A stretch of 54,904 nucleotides of DNA, the filler included, from Bipalium vagum (Eukaryota): NCBI GenBank assembly GCA_037834085.1. It is 3 parts of 3 records of this genome, joined end to end, with 100 filler letters (N's around TTAATTAATTAA, not from the genome) between each part and the next. Parts side by side here need not be neighbours in the genome. Positions count along the whole stretch, not along the records: positions 1 to 15,583 come from JBBMKC010158656.1; positions 15,684 to 34,920 come from JBBMKC010006645.1; 1 more part is not named here. The stretch is one strand, 5' to 3'. Each line of letters opens with the position of its first letter. The first letter of the stretch is position 1. The translations under genes were made by a program, and so were the position numbers. The notes beneath the pieces are model-generated. The model was not told the DNA's origin, did not search any database, and saw nothing but the letters and a program-made list of their open reading frames with translations. Shown piece after piece: positions 10,383-26,000 of this stretch.

Positions 10383-13300
10383 TCAAATAAGTGCCCATTG
10401 AACTATTGCCGTATCTTGTCCTCCTGCACTTATAACACGTTGATCCCCGGCAAGAAACATCACCCCAGTAACGTGACTACTATGACCTTTGTATGTTTTA
10501 TGACCAGCCTTAAAAGAATGATATAAAACAATAAAACAACATTTAAAAATAAAAAAACAATAGAGTAATCACTGAAATTATGGAAAAAATATAGAAATAA
10601 AAACAACCAAAATTATTTTTGTATGTATTGAGGAATTTTATTTATCGAAAACGTTTAAAACAGAAAATTTTCTTCAAGGAGATCTGTAATTATTTCATAG
10701 AGCATATTACAAAATTCGGCAAAAATATATTCTTGAAAAATCTTCATAAATTTACAGAATATAGACAAATAATCTTTTTGATAAAACCTATAAATTTTAT
10801 CAAAATAATCATTTTCCAATTAAATGAATGTTGACTGTCAGAAAATATCTATGATAATGTTCCAATAAATTAATAAATAATAATTTTATTGATTCTTCTA
10901 ACGAAAAGTTCTCTGTATTTTTAATGAATCTATACAAACTGTTATTTGTTTGACAAATAAAGTCAGTCAAATTAATGATAGAAAATAATAGAAAAATAGC
11001 ATAAATTGATTGACGTCAAGTTCTCTCTAATAATAAACAATAAATTTACTATTTTACCAAAGTGAGCTCTTAGTTCAAATCTTAAAACTTCTACAAGACA
11101 ATTAGAGTGAATTTTATGGAAAATTGATCTCAGTAATCTGAAATTATCAACAATCGCGAATAATTTGATTTTGTCAACAGGCGTAGAAAAATTTCATTTT
11201 CAGCCTGTCAGAATATCTTTACAGATTTTTCTCAGCGGCGCATTTACACAAACATGAAGCCTTTCCGAAACGATTTGTCGCCATAGTTATCACCGTTCCA
11301 ATAATAAATCTCAACAAACCACTTTAATACACGTAAAAAGAACCGACTTTGCTGAATTATTACCCAGATTTTATTTAAAGAGTCAATTTGACAAGCTATT
11401 TAAACAAATTGTTCTTATTGATTAGAGTGAGATATTTCCAAATAATGTAACTCAATTTTATATTTTCCTTATCAGAAAATGAGGTTTGTTAATTAAATCA
11501 ATTTATTTTCTATCCTTGCTTCAATGAAATCAGGAACCAAATTTTCCATAAATTAAACTAGTGTAATATTAATCATTAATAAATTAAATTCCTTTTAATT
11601 AAAGTATTTGGTTACTACATAATGTTTTGCCTATTTTTAGCATTATATTTCATGACTTCGACAATTTATCAAGCAAGAAAAAACTATTTAAACTAATATT
11701 TGTCTTAATTTACATTTGTTTGAATTTCCAGAAGTAATACAGGGATACCAAATTCAGTTAACATCAAATATTTCAAGTAATAAGAAATAATATAACGAAT
11801 TTAAAATATATGTTAAATGAAAGATGAATTCTTAGATTAAAAAAATTACAATTTCAGAAAAAATGAAATGATAAAAAATTTCTATTCAAATGCATTCATT
11901 TATCTTACCTTTGGAGTGTTTGATGGATAACGATACAAATTAACTTTTCCGAAATCATCAGCTGTTGCTGCCAAGGGTCTATCATGTGCTCTTGTAACGG
12001 CATTAATGTCTGTACCATCGGATCCTTCTGGCCAGATTCCGGTAACCTCAAAAGCCAATGTACAATTACAAGTGTGCCATTTGACATCAGAAAGTGTGCT
12101 TGGTGAAGTTATCTAAAAACATCAAATATTCAATACATTTCAAAATTTTAAAATCTCTACTTGTTTGCAATCTCCAGCTTTCCAAAACAGAATCTCATAA
12201 TCACCAGAATTACTTCGAAGATATTGACCATCGGACGACCAATCAATGTGGGTGATGAAACTAGAATGTCCGGAACATTTTCCAACTTTTGTTACCTCCG
12301 TACCTTCTGGATTTACTTTGTAAATATAAATCAGATTGTCTCTGGATCCAAGAGCCAAATATAAATTATCTGAAAAATATTACTATCATATCACATATAT
12401 ATACTGAAGAAATCTCTTACCTGGACTAAATTCACAACATTGTATAGGTTCGTTTCCATCTCTTCCTTGGTACAAGCTTTTAAGTTCTTCAGCATCGTAA
12501 ATGAACCAATACCCTTCCAAACAACCGAGACCCAATAAATTCCCTTCAGAATTAATACAAGTAGATTGGATGCTTTTCTCTATCTGCTTCCATAATAGGA
12601 CATTATGACTAACAGAATCCCACACGATTATTTTACGATCATGACCGGTACTTATAAATTTTTCTTTTGTGGGATGACTAGAGATGCCCCACACTTCATC
12701 AAAATGTCCATTCAATAAGCTAATTGACTCGTTGCTTTCCGTAATCTTAATAATTATTAAGAAATTATTTTTTGATCGATATTAATTAAGAACTCACTTC
12801 TAAAATTCCATTATTTGTTGTACCGACTATTAAATGATCATCAACTTCAGAGACAACTCTGCAACATCCCTGATCACTTGTTAACTCAATACTTCGTCCT
12901 GATTTTTCTTTCGTACTCAAATCCCATTCTTGAATCATATGATCTTTTCCACCCCCAGATATAAGTGTACCATTTTTACTGATCAATAAGGAAAATATAG
13001 GACCATTGTGAGCTTGGATGATTGTCGAAATAATGGATCTTTTTTCTAAATCCATTATCATTTTATTTCAAAGAGAATCTTCAACTTACCCTTGCTCCAA
13101 AAGAAAATATTCCCCGTTGAATCGCCACTGATAAGATCTCCGCTGTTCGTGAATGTAACGCAAGTGACAAATTTTGGTTTCTCATATTTCTTAACAATTT
13201 AAAATATAATTAAAATTAAAATAATTTAATAAATTTTAAATTTAACATGAAAATTATGATTAAAACACACCTCAAAAATTGCCATTTTCTTAATCAAGTT

Positions 13301-13550
13301 ACCCTTTTCAATAATCCAAAATGCTAAGTGATTTTTACCACATGTGACGACTAAATTGTTATCAGTCGGATTGAATTCTGCTTCAATCACTGGTTCCGTG
13401 GAACTCTAAACATATCATTTCAAAAATAAAAATAAAAGATAAATTTTTATAAACTTTTGAAGTGCAAACACTTTTATTCACTGTCCAATTCCAAACTGTT
13501 AGATTGTGATCATTTGCCTCGTCAACACTACACAGTAACTTCCCACCATC
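10383..13550 (-). CDS. EML: Echinoderm microtubule-associated protein-like (EML/EMAP) WD40 TAPE domain, 5'-partial
   Basis: Exons 13455-13550, 13271-13405, 13090-13189, 12798-13045, 12421-12745, 12161-12369, 11909-12112, 10383-10508 are phase-consistent. Diagnostic motifs GHSSFITHIDWS, SNSGDYEILFW, GIWPEGSDGTDINA, ADDFGKVNLYRYP, GHSSHVTGVMF...VQWALI*. Upstream HELP-region exons not found. Confidence 0.93.
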
Positions 13551-15583
13551 CTAAAGAGAAAGACAAAGCTGTCATAATAATATTTAATATCGGATCCCAG
13601 AAATAGATTCATACCTTATTTGCTTAATCAACTATTACTAATAATCAAGTTCAGTATAAATTATGAAAAATATGTTTCATAATTTTTATCAGTACAAATT
13701 AATGGTACAATATTCTTTTAAAAAATCGAATATATTTCTTTTATACATTTTCGCAAATTATCGAAAATTTACATTGGTAATATTTTAATTTTGAGATTTA
13801 AGATATTTCTACCTCATGTTTCCTTAATGCAGTCAGACACGTTCTTCAAATTTATTAGGGGAAAAATCAACCTAATTATTGAATAAAAAATCCTGGCAAG
13901 AACATTTGTCAATTACATTTAGATATATAAAATATATAGAATGTAAACTAATATATATTTGTGAAACCATTGTCAAACAAAATTAACAATTTTCTTAAAT
14001 AGATTGATCGAAACTATTCAGATCGCTGTATTTTCTATTGAATATTCAATTATCAACTTGCTAATTTTGATCGGCATGACAATTATAGATTCTTTATAAA
14101 TAAATAAATAAATTTTGTTTATCACTTATTTACTGTTTATTCTCAGGATTCATAGATTGTTAATTACCATGAATATTAAAATAAATGTTTGTCAATAACT
14201 CTTTAGCATGATATTTTTAATTATGATGTCTCAAAGAAAAATTTCCAAGTAATAAACAGCTTATAAAAAGTTTAAATGTAGCCATTAATATAGCCATTTA
14301 ATTAATTTTTCTCAAAGAACTTTCAAATAAAGAAATTTTGTTGAAAACTTAAACAGGAAACTTTAAAATGAGATTCTAATTAGGTCCATTTTCTAATACC
14401 GATAATAAAATTAAATAACTTTGTATACATATACTTGTATTTGTATTTGTATTGTTTTTAAAGACAATAAAAATAAAAGATTCCATTAAAAATTTAAATA
14501 ATTTATTGCAAGAGAAAATATAATATTTATGGGTAATAACAGTAAAGACAGACTTAAATTGAAAAGCCAAAAATATTAATATAAACAAAACTTTCATATA
14601 TTAAAATATGGAGACATTCTCAAAGGAAAATTGAAACAAACATCGATTTAAACAAACCAATAAATTAAATTTTATTTCACTTCACAGATTTATATACTGA
14701 TACGAATATAAAAATGATGTTAAAATAAACCAATATTCTCCATCCAAAAATATTTGTCTCATGGTTTAATTCGATAATTGTTAAACAAATCAAATATGCA
14801 TATTAATAACAATGTCGTTTTATTATTGAATAAATTATCATTTTTAGGAAAACAGTTACAATACAATTGACACAATAAAAAACAGAACTTAATAAACTAT
14901 TCATTTTATAGGACTAGATTAACAGAATATAAAAAAGAAACAATATATATATTGTAAAAATAATATTATTAAATGAATAGACACTAATTTCAGGATCACC
15001 AGAATCAGCCTAACTGATTAATAATGGATGTTAATTATTTTTGTGAAGAATATGTAAAAACCTGGGGTTCAGAATTAAGGTTTTTAAAGCGGATACACAC
15101 AATATACGTAATCACCTTATTTTTTGAATATTATTATTTATATTTGGACTTATATTAAAAACATTTGATTAGAATTCTAAAAATCGAATTTTTTTTACAA
15201 CTAATTATATCATATGGTCAATATAAAAAATATTAAGTTTATTTTTTTTTAACATAAAGTATATTTTCCAACTTTTTTACAGAACACATAATAATAGAGT
15301 GGAAAACTATGTATGAATGTATTTAATAATGCTTTAAGTTTATTTTATTTCATAGTAAATACTAAATTAAAAAAAATTTCCACTGAAAAATAAATAATAT
15401 GTAATTGAATAATTATTGTATTTCGTATGGTCTATAATAAAAATTATTTTTAAAAGTTCCTTAAAATTTTCCAATATTCATATAATAATAAAAATTACTA
15501 TTGGTGCATGTTAGCAGCTATTTCAATGAAGTCACTCATAGTTTCAAAAATTTTATTAATCCAATAAAAATAAAAATACTTAA

Positions 15584-15683
15584 NNNNNNNNNNNNNNNNN
15601 NNNNNNNNNNNNNNNNNNNNNNNNNNNTTAATTAATTAANNNNNNNNNNNNNNNNNNNNNNNNNNNNNNNNNNNNNNNNNNNN
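15584..15683. other. Artificial contig linker N44-TTAATTAATTAA-N44
   Basis: Exactly 100 nt with stops in all six frames; identical structure at 34921-35020. Confidence 0.95.
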
Positions 15684-16199
15684 TTCATATTTTTTTTAAC
15701 CCTCTATCTTGCTCTTATTCAAGTATTAATCTGTTTTGCTTTTAAATGAAAATAAACTAACATTTTCCCATTTTAATGTAGAATATAGTGTCGAGATTTA
15801 TTTTATGGATTTATTTTTATGGGTTTCAATATTTGTAATATTTTTTTAATCTTGTGAACAGAGCAATTTATTTTTTAAACTGTTCAATGTATCGCGGAGT
15901 GTGAAAAAAAGGATTAGTGCAGTAGAATTTTGCGCAATAAAAATAATGAAGATCACAGTACATATTTTAGTTGTTTTAGATTTCTTATACCATTACTTAC
16001 CGCAATAATCAAAAAATTATAAAAAAATTGGCACAAAAAAAAGAAAAGTTTAATTATTTCAGCAACATAATTTCCTGTTTCAGTCTTCTAGTACTATTAA
16101 GTAACCAATTAAACAAAAAACTAAAAAACACAGCTAGGTAAAATTTGGTTTTTCCAGATATTAAATAAAGAAGTGTCATATATAATATACAATACTAAA

Positions 16200-16858
16200 T
16201 TTTCAAATTACTGTAAATCAGCTTTGATATTAAATTTTATTCCAATTTTTATGAATATATATTTATTGGAGTATATCATACAACGTTGTTGTTATAATAA
16301 TTATATATAATAGTTATTTGTTAACGTTAATCAATTTTTCAGTATTGGCAGTTAAAATGTTCAAATACAACAATAATAATAAAGTGAAAATTGTTGAATT
16401 TTTCTTTTCAAATAGAAAATTATTCATTCAAACACAGAGAAACTACCAAAGACACTTCAATGCTAAAGAAGCTCCCAGTGAAAACATGATTAGAAATTTA
16501 ATTAAGCGATTTGAAGAAACTGGGTCTGTTGCAGATCTTACTAAGAAGATTCTAGGGAAAACTGTGCGTACTGAATTGATGGTCGAATCTGTGCGACAAA
16601 GCGTTCAAGAACATCCAAAAACAGTTAAAAGAAAATATCCGAAGTGAGATATTGGATCCAGTGATGGAAAATGCCTTAAAAAGGGCAATTTTGTGAGCAA
16701 GAAAATGGTATTCATTTAAAAGGCATTATTCTCCGGTCTTAGAAAACTTAAATTCTAACCTTGTATCTTTCAAATAAACTATTTGGATTTAATAAAATTT
16801 GTTTTACTAAAAGTTATTTTAGATTAAAGTCCTTCTGTCTTCCAGCGCCTACCCTGTA
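16200..16858 (+). mobile_element. Internally deleted Tc1/mariner element with DUF4817-type HTH N-terminus
   Basis: ORF ...QTQRNYQRHFNAKEAPSENMIRNLIKRFEETGSVAD; right end ACCCTGTA. Confidence 0.7.
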
Positions 16859-17032
16859 TAAGTAAACAAATCTATCTTGGAAAATTAAGAATTACTTCAG
16901 TATATTATTAAACCTTATTAACATTTTACATTGCTAAAACTTTTTAAATAAAATGTTACATATCATTTATTCTATGTTATTCCTATTTTCATCTACTTGT
17001 AAGTCATTTTGCTTAAAAGTCATTAATTATAC

Positions 17033-20000
17033 CTTTGACTTTCAAACAGAATGTAAAGTCTGGAATTGGACCATGAAGCACTCACGGCTCTTGTATAAAA
17101 GAATTCGTTTGCTCCATTTCCCACCGGACAGACAACGTCTGCTTTGGCCGTGGTTCCAAAGTTATATTGATTATGATCGTAAACGCCTCCTTTGTCCTTT
17201 TTACATATTCGTATCAATCTTGTCACATAAACCATTCTAGAGTCGGAATTAACAGAACAGTCGGAGACACTTCGACTCCTTGCTGTGACGGGCTCAACTG
17301 CAAGAAAATAAACTTCGTATTCTGTTTCGAATACTTCCAGAAAGTTGGAGTTACCTAAATAATAATATTACAATTAGATTTAACATATAAATTTTAAAAA
17401 ATAATCAAATTATTAAGAAAATTAAAACAAAACCATTTTTATTTTACAATCTGATCCTTTCTTTTTTATTTATTTTTTCTTTCAATCTTATTCTTTTTAC
17501 AAACTTTTTTATTAATTATAAAATATTATTATGCTGAGAAATATATAATATTTTAATTAAAATTTATTTTTCTAAATGATAACAAAATAAGGAATTTTGT
17601 TGTTTTAATATTTGCTTGAAAGTAAAATTTGTCGACATCTGTTACAGGCCTTTAAGAAAATAACAAAATAGTACTGATTATCGGAGTGACTTGTACAAGA
17701 CTTATCCATGGGAAAAGGGTTTGTTCTTCATTTTGTGATAGTTAATACAGAAAAAGTAACGTTTTTCTAAATCATGATTTATAAGAAATAAATTAATTAT
17801 AAAATAACCGGAATAATTAACTGGTTCAATGTTTCATTTTTGCTAAATTTGACTCCTAATTATTAAATAAAATAAGGAAATTTAACATTTTATTTTTTAT
17901 TTATTATTTTATAAATATTATTTATATTAGTTTTTATTAATAATAATAAAGCTAATATATAAAATAATTTATTAATAAAAAATATGTGATAATTTAAATA
18001 GTTCCAAAATAAAAAATCTATAAAAAATTTAATATCTTAAATGAAAACTTTTGTTTTAATCATTAATTAAATCTAATTAAAATATTTATTCTTGTTTTAT
18101 TTAATAAACCTAATGAAAGATATAGAAATGTCAATTGTCATAGAACTACAGAAATAAAAAATCAATTTTTTGTTTTAATAAACTACACAAATATTTTTCA
18201 ATAAGAATGATAATATAAATTATTAATTGTATTTTTTTATAATTAATACCTTAATTTTTTGTATTTATGAAGTACTATTTTGTATTATTTTATATTAATC
18301 AGTATAATACTTTATTTAAGCACGCCTTTGATTGAAAATTCTCGGTATTAAAACAAATATTAAATTAGATTTCTCTTGATGAATTAATTTGGATAATTAC
18401 AATCAATTATGATAATTAATGGATTAAACAGAAACAATTTTAATGATTTTAAATCTTTTTTCTCTTTGAAAAAATAAATATACAATTGCAAATCAAAAAT
18501 TTAATTAAAATATTAAAATGGATATCTCTGATTATTATCTTTTCCGATAAAAATTCCTCTTTCTCTTTGTTATAATATTCGATTGTTCTTATTTTTTAAT
18601 GATTTAAAATATTTTTTGATTTTTATTAAATTTTTAGAAAAATATTTAAAAATTGTATAAATATTCTTTTATTCTTATAATTATTTTATAAATCATAAAT
18701 ACTTTTGGGAATATAGATGTGATCTTGACAACATTTCTGTCAGGTTGATTCATAATTAATGCATGTTTTTATGTAATAATTTCAAAACTAACTCTTTCAA
18801 AAATAAACTTTATTCATCAAAATGAGACCCAAAAGATTCAACACACTGATGCCAATGAGAAACAAGCTTATTTAGTCCGATAACTTTAAAAAGTTCTGAA
18901 GTCCATGAAACATCTAATGGAATTTTCAACATCATCCATCACTTTGAACGGTTTCTTTAGGAAGAACTTCATAACCTAACTCTCTGAGCTTCTGTTGCAC
19001 CATTCATGCAACAATTGGTCTGATATTGTCTTGGAAACGTATTGGGTCTTTTTCTTGACCAATGCAGGAAAAAAACTTACGCGCATTTCATAGTAATTTT
19101 AGTAATACTTTAACGGTTTCACTTATTTTCAGACCGTTATAGTCAATGATGCCATTAGAATTCCTCCAAACACGTAATATGATCTTATTTAGGAGAAAAT
19201 TTATTTTGGGAAATTATTTCGAAGACTTGTATTTGTCGAACCATTGAGAAGAACACTGTCTGTTCTCATAAAGAACCTAATTCTCATCACATGTCACAAG
19301 ACAATAGAGAAATGAATCACTTTCGTTCTGTTTAAGAAGTGAGAGACTGATCTCATAATGACATAATTTTTGTTGTGATTCGGATGATGTAGTTATCATT
19401 TGTCAAATTTTTAATCCTTTCTGTCTACCGGAAAGAATTGTTGTATGATTAAAGGCGAGTTCTAAAGTAGCTTTTCGTGTTGATTTCAGGAGGCCAACTT
19501 CGATGATGTCCTTCAGTTGATCGTTGTTAACATCTCCAATGCGATTACCACCTTTACAATCTACAAAAAGTTCTTGACATCTTCAACTGAATGAAGTTGT
19601 TGCTTGTCCAGATTATTTGGAGCGATCAAAATGGATGGAAATCCGAAAGAGTCACATTTGGTTCTGCACTGCTTCCCAGCCGTTTGCGTTTTGCCACCAA
19701 AGCAATATATGGTTTAGATCACATTGGTGAAAGATCATATTATTTCTGTTCATTAATTTCGGTTGTTCCTACAGTATCTCCTTCAATTATTTTAGCTGAT
19801 CACAATTATGAGGAGGCTAATCAGACCTGGGGAATTTTTTAATTATTTTAAAATATTTAAAAAGTATGAATGAAATTTTAAAAATTAACTTATTTTTAAA
19901 ATTTAATAAAAAATGGAATTTCCAGATCTGAGAAAAATTGTTTAAATATTATTTGTTTGATAACTTAATAAATCTAATCAAAAAATGACTTCTAATTCTG

Positions 20001-23000
20001 AGTATAAACCAATTGATATTAACATGGCAACTACGCCAGGATATTAAAAACAATACCTTTCCGTCTTAATAGTCCAAAATAGAAACAGCTCATATTAAAT
20101 AATCCCCTTTTATTCCCACAAAATGAATAACATCACCTTCTCGGATGTTAATCTAGTTCCATAATTGCTTACGATAACTCAAGTGGATCGCAACCTTGAC
20201 CGCCGACGCTTAATATTGCTGTAAATAATCCGTTTTCAATTCCATTTTTCATACACTTCAGTCAAATGATTTCAATTTTATGAAGATTCAGACCATAATT
20301 TTTTCTTTTCGACAATTCGAGGGAACCAAAATATACATCTTTTTTGTCATCCCAAGTTGTTTTAAGCACTTTGCAATTGTAGAATGTTCAATAGCAAAGT
20401 TGTGCGCTATTTTTCGTGTTCGGATATGCTCATCTGTCTTGATTGTGACCCCGATTTCTGGTATTCTTAGAGACTGAAATTTTCAGAACAGAAAGAAGTA
20501 GACCATCTCTGTCAGATAACAGAGTTTATGGAAAAATAACAGCATACACTGCATACTTCTGCCGCATTTACCCTTTTTCAAATAAAAAAAACTTAAAACA
20601 TGTCTAAAATTCTGCTTTAGATTTTCAGTTTGATTTGCTTCATTCATTTTGATATTTTTAAAAATTTTGATATTCAATTAAATTATCGCCAAAAAAATGC
20701 GGATATTATTTAAATCTACTTGTGATCAATAATTGAATAAAATTTTGATTTGAATTTAGTATTTGAAAATAATACAGAACTTATTCCACAATCTAATATT
20801 TTTTGAAAAATAACATTTATCTTTACATTAAATTGAAATATTATTAAAATATATAGTACCTATGTTATTATGTTTCTAATATTTCTTCCTTTCCTTTAAA
20901 TTTCTTTAAAATTATTAAGCTTTTTTTTCATTATTTAATTTGAGTCTGCTCTAGTTTCATTATGCTTTCAACCATAAAAAATTAATAGATTATTTTATTA
21001 TTTTAAAATATTTTCCTTTATCTTTTAACTCAACTATATCCAATTTTATTTTATTTTTTTAATATTTTTAAAAAAACTAATTTTTAACTTAGTCAAAGAT
21101 TTTATTTCAATAAAATATTATTATTATAATTATAATTATTATAATAATAATTATTTTTTTATTAATATCAAAAATTTTACTGTATAAGAAAAATTAATTT
21201 AATTATATAATTAAATTCTATAATGAAAAAAGCCTACGGTTATTAACTCGGTTTTATTTAATTATTAATGAAGCTATTTTTAGCTTTTAACGAAGCGTTT
21301 TATATTTTATTTACGTAATAAATTGATAATTTATTTTAAATTTCTTAATATTTTTCAATCTTTTGATTTAGGAATCGTTTTTCCTTTTCAAATAACTTTT
21401 TCATATAAATCAAATTTTAATAATCTGTCTTGACTTCAAATATAAATAATTAATCTAGATTAGAAAATATATCTCCGAATAATTTTCCTTCTTCCATTAA
21501 TAACTTTAATTATTATAAATAATTTATTTAAATTAAAAAATGGTTCTAAAATATTTTCATATTTCAAAATAATATTTTCGGATAAATATAATATTCGTAT
21601 GTTAAAAATTATAAACATTAAAATTACGTACACCTGATATTAAATTTTAATAAATTTATTTATATATTATGAAAAATAATTTTTGAATGCCATACGAAAA
21701 TGGCTTGAGGGATTTTTGGCTTCCAAAAAGCCAGAATTTTTTCAAGATGGAATTCATGAACTGTCTGCAAGATGACATAAAGTTATCCATAACAATGGTG
21801 ATTACGTTGATTAACTTGTATCACTTATATTAAAATAAACTTAGAAGCTAGTTTAACATTTTGGATTATTTATTTGTACATCTAATATATTAACAAAAAC
21901 TCTCGCTATCTTACGGTACCTGGTTTAATTGGCATTTAACAGAACGAATATAACAGGACATATTAGAAAACCAAAAAGATATAATTTTATTTTAATGAAT
22001 TAGAAAAACAAATTATGATTAAAATATAAGTGTTGGAGTGATAGTAACGTCTTAATTAATATGAAAATTTAAAGATAAAAATGTGTAAACACTGATTTTC
22101 TAACTTTTTCCAATAATTTATTCTCCGGGAATAGATTTAGGAATCTTCCTTGCAAAGAATCTTTGACTTACATCAGAGAATGTTAGTTACATTTTTGACC
22201 AATATAAAGTTTATAAAGATAAGAGCGAATCTTTTTTCATAATAGAAATACGAATTGTTTAAATATTCAAAATTAAAAGAAAATGATAAAAACCGTCATC
22301 TTTTGCATTTGAAATAAATATTAAAAATGGGAAAGAATTCTGTGAAATTCGTTAAATCTGTGAAGTCTGTGAATCTTTGAAGTAGCAAAGAGAATTGGAA
22401 CCCGTTAGTGAATATTAAGCAGTACTCAATACGGACTGTGCACAGAAAATCTGAATTTTAACTAACATCAGAATGAAAGAACAATGGATTTCAGATCAAT
22501 TGTAACTTAAATCTCACTATTTCTATGGTTTCAATAAAATTAAAAACCAAAAGTCAAGTAAAATTAATGTCAGTTTCAGAATTTCAAGGATTCAACTGCT
22601 AACGTGGTTTTTGAACTGTGTATAACATCAATCAATGTAACTCTCTCGATCTTAATATCATGAGTCTTGTAAATAATTAAATAATATAAAAATTCAGGCT
22701 TTTTTTTAATATAATAAAATAATTATTTTATTAATATTAAACCGAAAAAATTTTCAATTAATTTTTCTTTAAATTCGTTTTTTAATAAAATCAATATTGA
22801 ATTTTTTAGGTAAGAAATTGATCTAATAATAAAAATATTGATTAAAATTTTTTTAATTTAATGTTTTGTTACTTTAATATCATACTTTTTACTGTCTGGA
22901 AATCAGTTCGGTCACCTAATGCTTGTTAAAAAATGTTTATGAAATTATATTTTTCCTAGGAATATCGACAGAGTTCTTAAATGGAAATCACTGGGATTTC

Positions 23001-26000
23001 GAAATTGAAAGTTTATTTTTTAAAAGTAATAATAAATTATCTAAAACACTTTTTCATTCATAATAAATTCTGTTTCAGAAGTTCCATTTGTAATGTCAAT
23101 CACTTAGATTATTTACAATCTGAAATTTACCTACCTGGTGTACACATTTATAATTTCTTCACTTCCACATGGTAAAATAAAGAAGTGTTTCCTTTCACTA
23201 CCCTCTTTATTTACATCTTAAAATTTAGGCAAATATTACCAACAAATTTTGAGATAACTTTTCTAGACAAAATATTGTAATGTTTTATATTTACTCTTAT
23301 ATATGAAAAAATATATAATTTTATATTTATCAATATTTATAATTATTATTTTTTATTTTTATAAAATAATATAATATTTATAAATATAAAAATAATATTT
23401 ATAATACTCAAAAAACATTTGTTAAACTTTTACCAGTAATTCATTATGTTATGACTTCGAAATTATTATTGGTGTAAATGATACTTGACATGTGCACACA
23501 CAAATAGTCCGTATATTCTCAATGTGTGTCTTCAAGCTGCAATTGCTAATCACTGAGCAAAACATTAAAAAGTTTAACACAGTCACCACAGAATTCATGT
23601 GAAAAGATTAAATATTAAATATTAACAGCCTGTTCAGATAAATAAAACTGTATTAATAATAAATAATATCTTAGATTCAAAACTGATGTTTTCGTGAATT
23701 TTTACTCTCAAATTTATACTAGTGGTCAAAAAAGTACCGATATATATATATATATAGTGCTCCAACTAGTTATTGCCGCACTAAGAAATAATAATAATAA
23801 GTAATATAATAATATATCCATCCTATATATATATAAGAAAAAAAATTTTTAATAAAGTAAAAATTAACAAAAAAATACCAATAATTTACAAAAGACGTAT
23901 ATCATAACAAAAAATACATTTTGAATTATTTTTCGATTGTTAATACTTAGTTGAACTTCCATGGGAATAAATCAATTCATAAATTCTATTTGGCATAGAA
24001 TTTACCAGTACTCGCAGGACGGTGTTATTGACTTCTTCTCGTTCCAGCTTTGAAATTGATTCATATTTTTTCCCATTAGCATATACCCCACATGCTAGTA
24101 TCCCCCAAAGATTTTCTAGGGGATTCAGTTCTGGTGAATATGGCGGCCAAGACATAACATTGATATTTCTGTCTTGTAGCCATTGCGAAGTGGAATGTGC
24201 AACATGGCATCAACAATTATCCTGTTGGAAAATTGGTTTGTCTCCGTCAAAATCATTCATAAAGAGAGGTAAATGCTCTCCTCAAAGCATTTGATAATCA
24301 AATTGATTTAGCCTGGCGGTAATAATTGCGAGAGTCGACTTCCCGTGGTAATTGAAACAACCCCAAAATCAACCAGGCGCCTCCTCCAGTGTGTCTATTC
24401 AAAAAAGATATCTCCTTCTTCCGCAAATCGTGTCAATAATATGCGTAACTACCAGGTCCATCCAAATAAAACCTCTTCTCGTCACTCCAGGTGACCTTTT
24501 CCCATTCCATGACCCACGACATTTTCTCTTTAGCCCACCAGACACAATTGATCTTATGTTGTGGCTTCAAAGAGGGTTTTACCAACATCTTATACCGAAT
24601 CGTCCCAGATTTTTTAAAGTCTTTCTAATACTCTCTACGGACCAATTTAGGTTGAAAAGTGTTTTTATTTTCGCACAGGATATGCTTTGGTTGCTGGCAT
24701 TCCTAATAATGGAACGCTTCGTTGCTGCGGAAATCTTCGCCTTAGGACCCCGGGTCTTCTTTTCTTTATTTTTATTCTTCAAAATTATCTTATACTACTT
24801 TCATTCTTCCCTAACTTAGTTCAGATCCATCTGTTCGATTTTCCGGCGTCGTGATAAGCATAGATCATTCCCTTCTTGGTGCCGGTTAATCTTGAATTTT
24901 ACTCATCTTACTAAATATTATTTTTATAAAATCTTAGTATTCGACAGACAGAAGTACTTACATTTAATATTTAATCTTCCAATGTTTAATTTATATAATT
25001 AGATTTAAATAATTTCACTTTTAAATTAGTGCGGAAATAATTAGTTGGAATTAATTATCTGATATATTATAACAAATCAGTTTTATGTTAAGTAAATAGT
25101 TGATTAGTTAGCCAAAAGTTATTTTAAAATCTTACAAATATTTCATGCATAATACAATAATCAAAAAAAATTATTTCAATTTAAATTAGTTAAGATTTAT
25201 TATATTTTCAAGGTGTGGCAATAATTAGTTGAAGCACTGTATATTGACGTTATAAATTCATAGTTTCAAAATTTCTTCAATAAATATGTACAAATTCAAT
25301 GAAATCAATATTTTTATATAATAATAGGGCCTTTTTAGACGTTCTCAACATTTTATTAATATTAATTATGACCTTCATATTTCTGTAAGCATTACTTAAG
25401 TTTTCCAGGCATACTGGATTCGACGATTCATAAGATATTCTGCCACTTATCAACCCAATATTGATGATCACTAGCCAATTGTTATCTATCAATTCTCTGA
25501 TAATAACCAAGTGGAATTCTAATGTCAGGAAAGCAAGAGTCCAGTATTCTTTTTATTGCAATTTGTAATGATCAATTTAATTTCTTTTTCTCGTAATTCA
25601 TTCTTTCCGAGTTTGGAAACCTAATTAAAACTATTTCGTTTTATACTTACAATCAAAGATGATTTTCGACTGGCTGTAGTTTTGGAAAGACAACCAGATC
25701 CAATTTTTCTAGCAACATAGTGCTCATTCCGATACATTTCCCACCATTTTTAACATTCTTTTATCACATTATCATTCTATTAAGAAATACCACTTACTGA
25801 GAGCTGCCTCCAACAAGCCACCTAAACAACCTTCTTGGAATTCTGATAATTGAATCATATATTTTAACTGATAGGCTAATAAAAGCTGAAATAGATGTAA
25901 CCTAAATAAAGTACCACGGCGTAATACTTATTAATCAGAAACATTCTTTTATTTTAAAATTTATAACATGTGCTTAGTGAGGTACTTTTTCGGCCAACAG

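Noticed and set aside
15628-15639. TTAATTAATTAA palindrome as a biological motif
   Set aside because: Centred in exactly 44+44 N twice; a synthetic linker.
20176-20220. Apparent AG/GT-bounded exon ILSVGGQGCDPLEL within the Sema intron
   Set aside because: Another frame gives mariner motifs (NIKRRRS, KVML..W), and the flanking Sema exons already join in phase.
24352-24819. 155-aa plus-strand ORF
   Set aside because: Antisense shadow of the minus-strand Tc1 transposase.
25277-25860. ORF 25277-25510 and an apparent 30-nt intron at 25621-25650
   Set aside because: Lies within a decayed Tc1 element whose frame contains stops; no host-protein similarity recognised.
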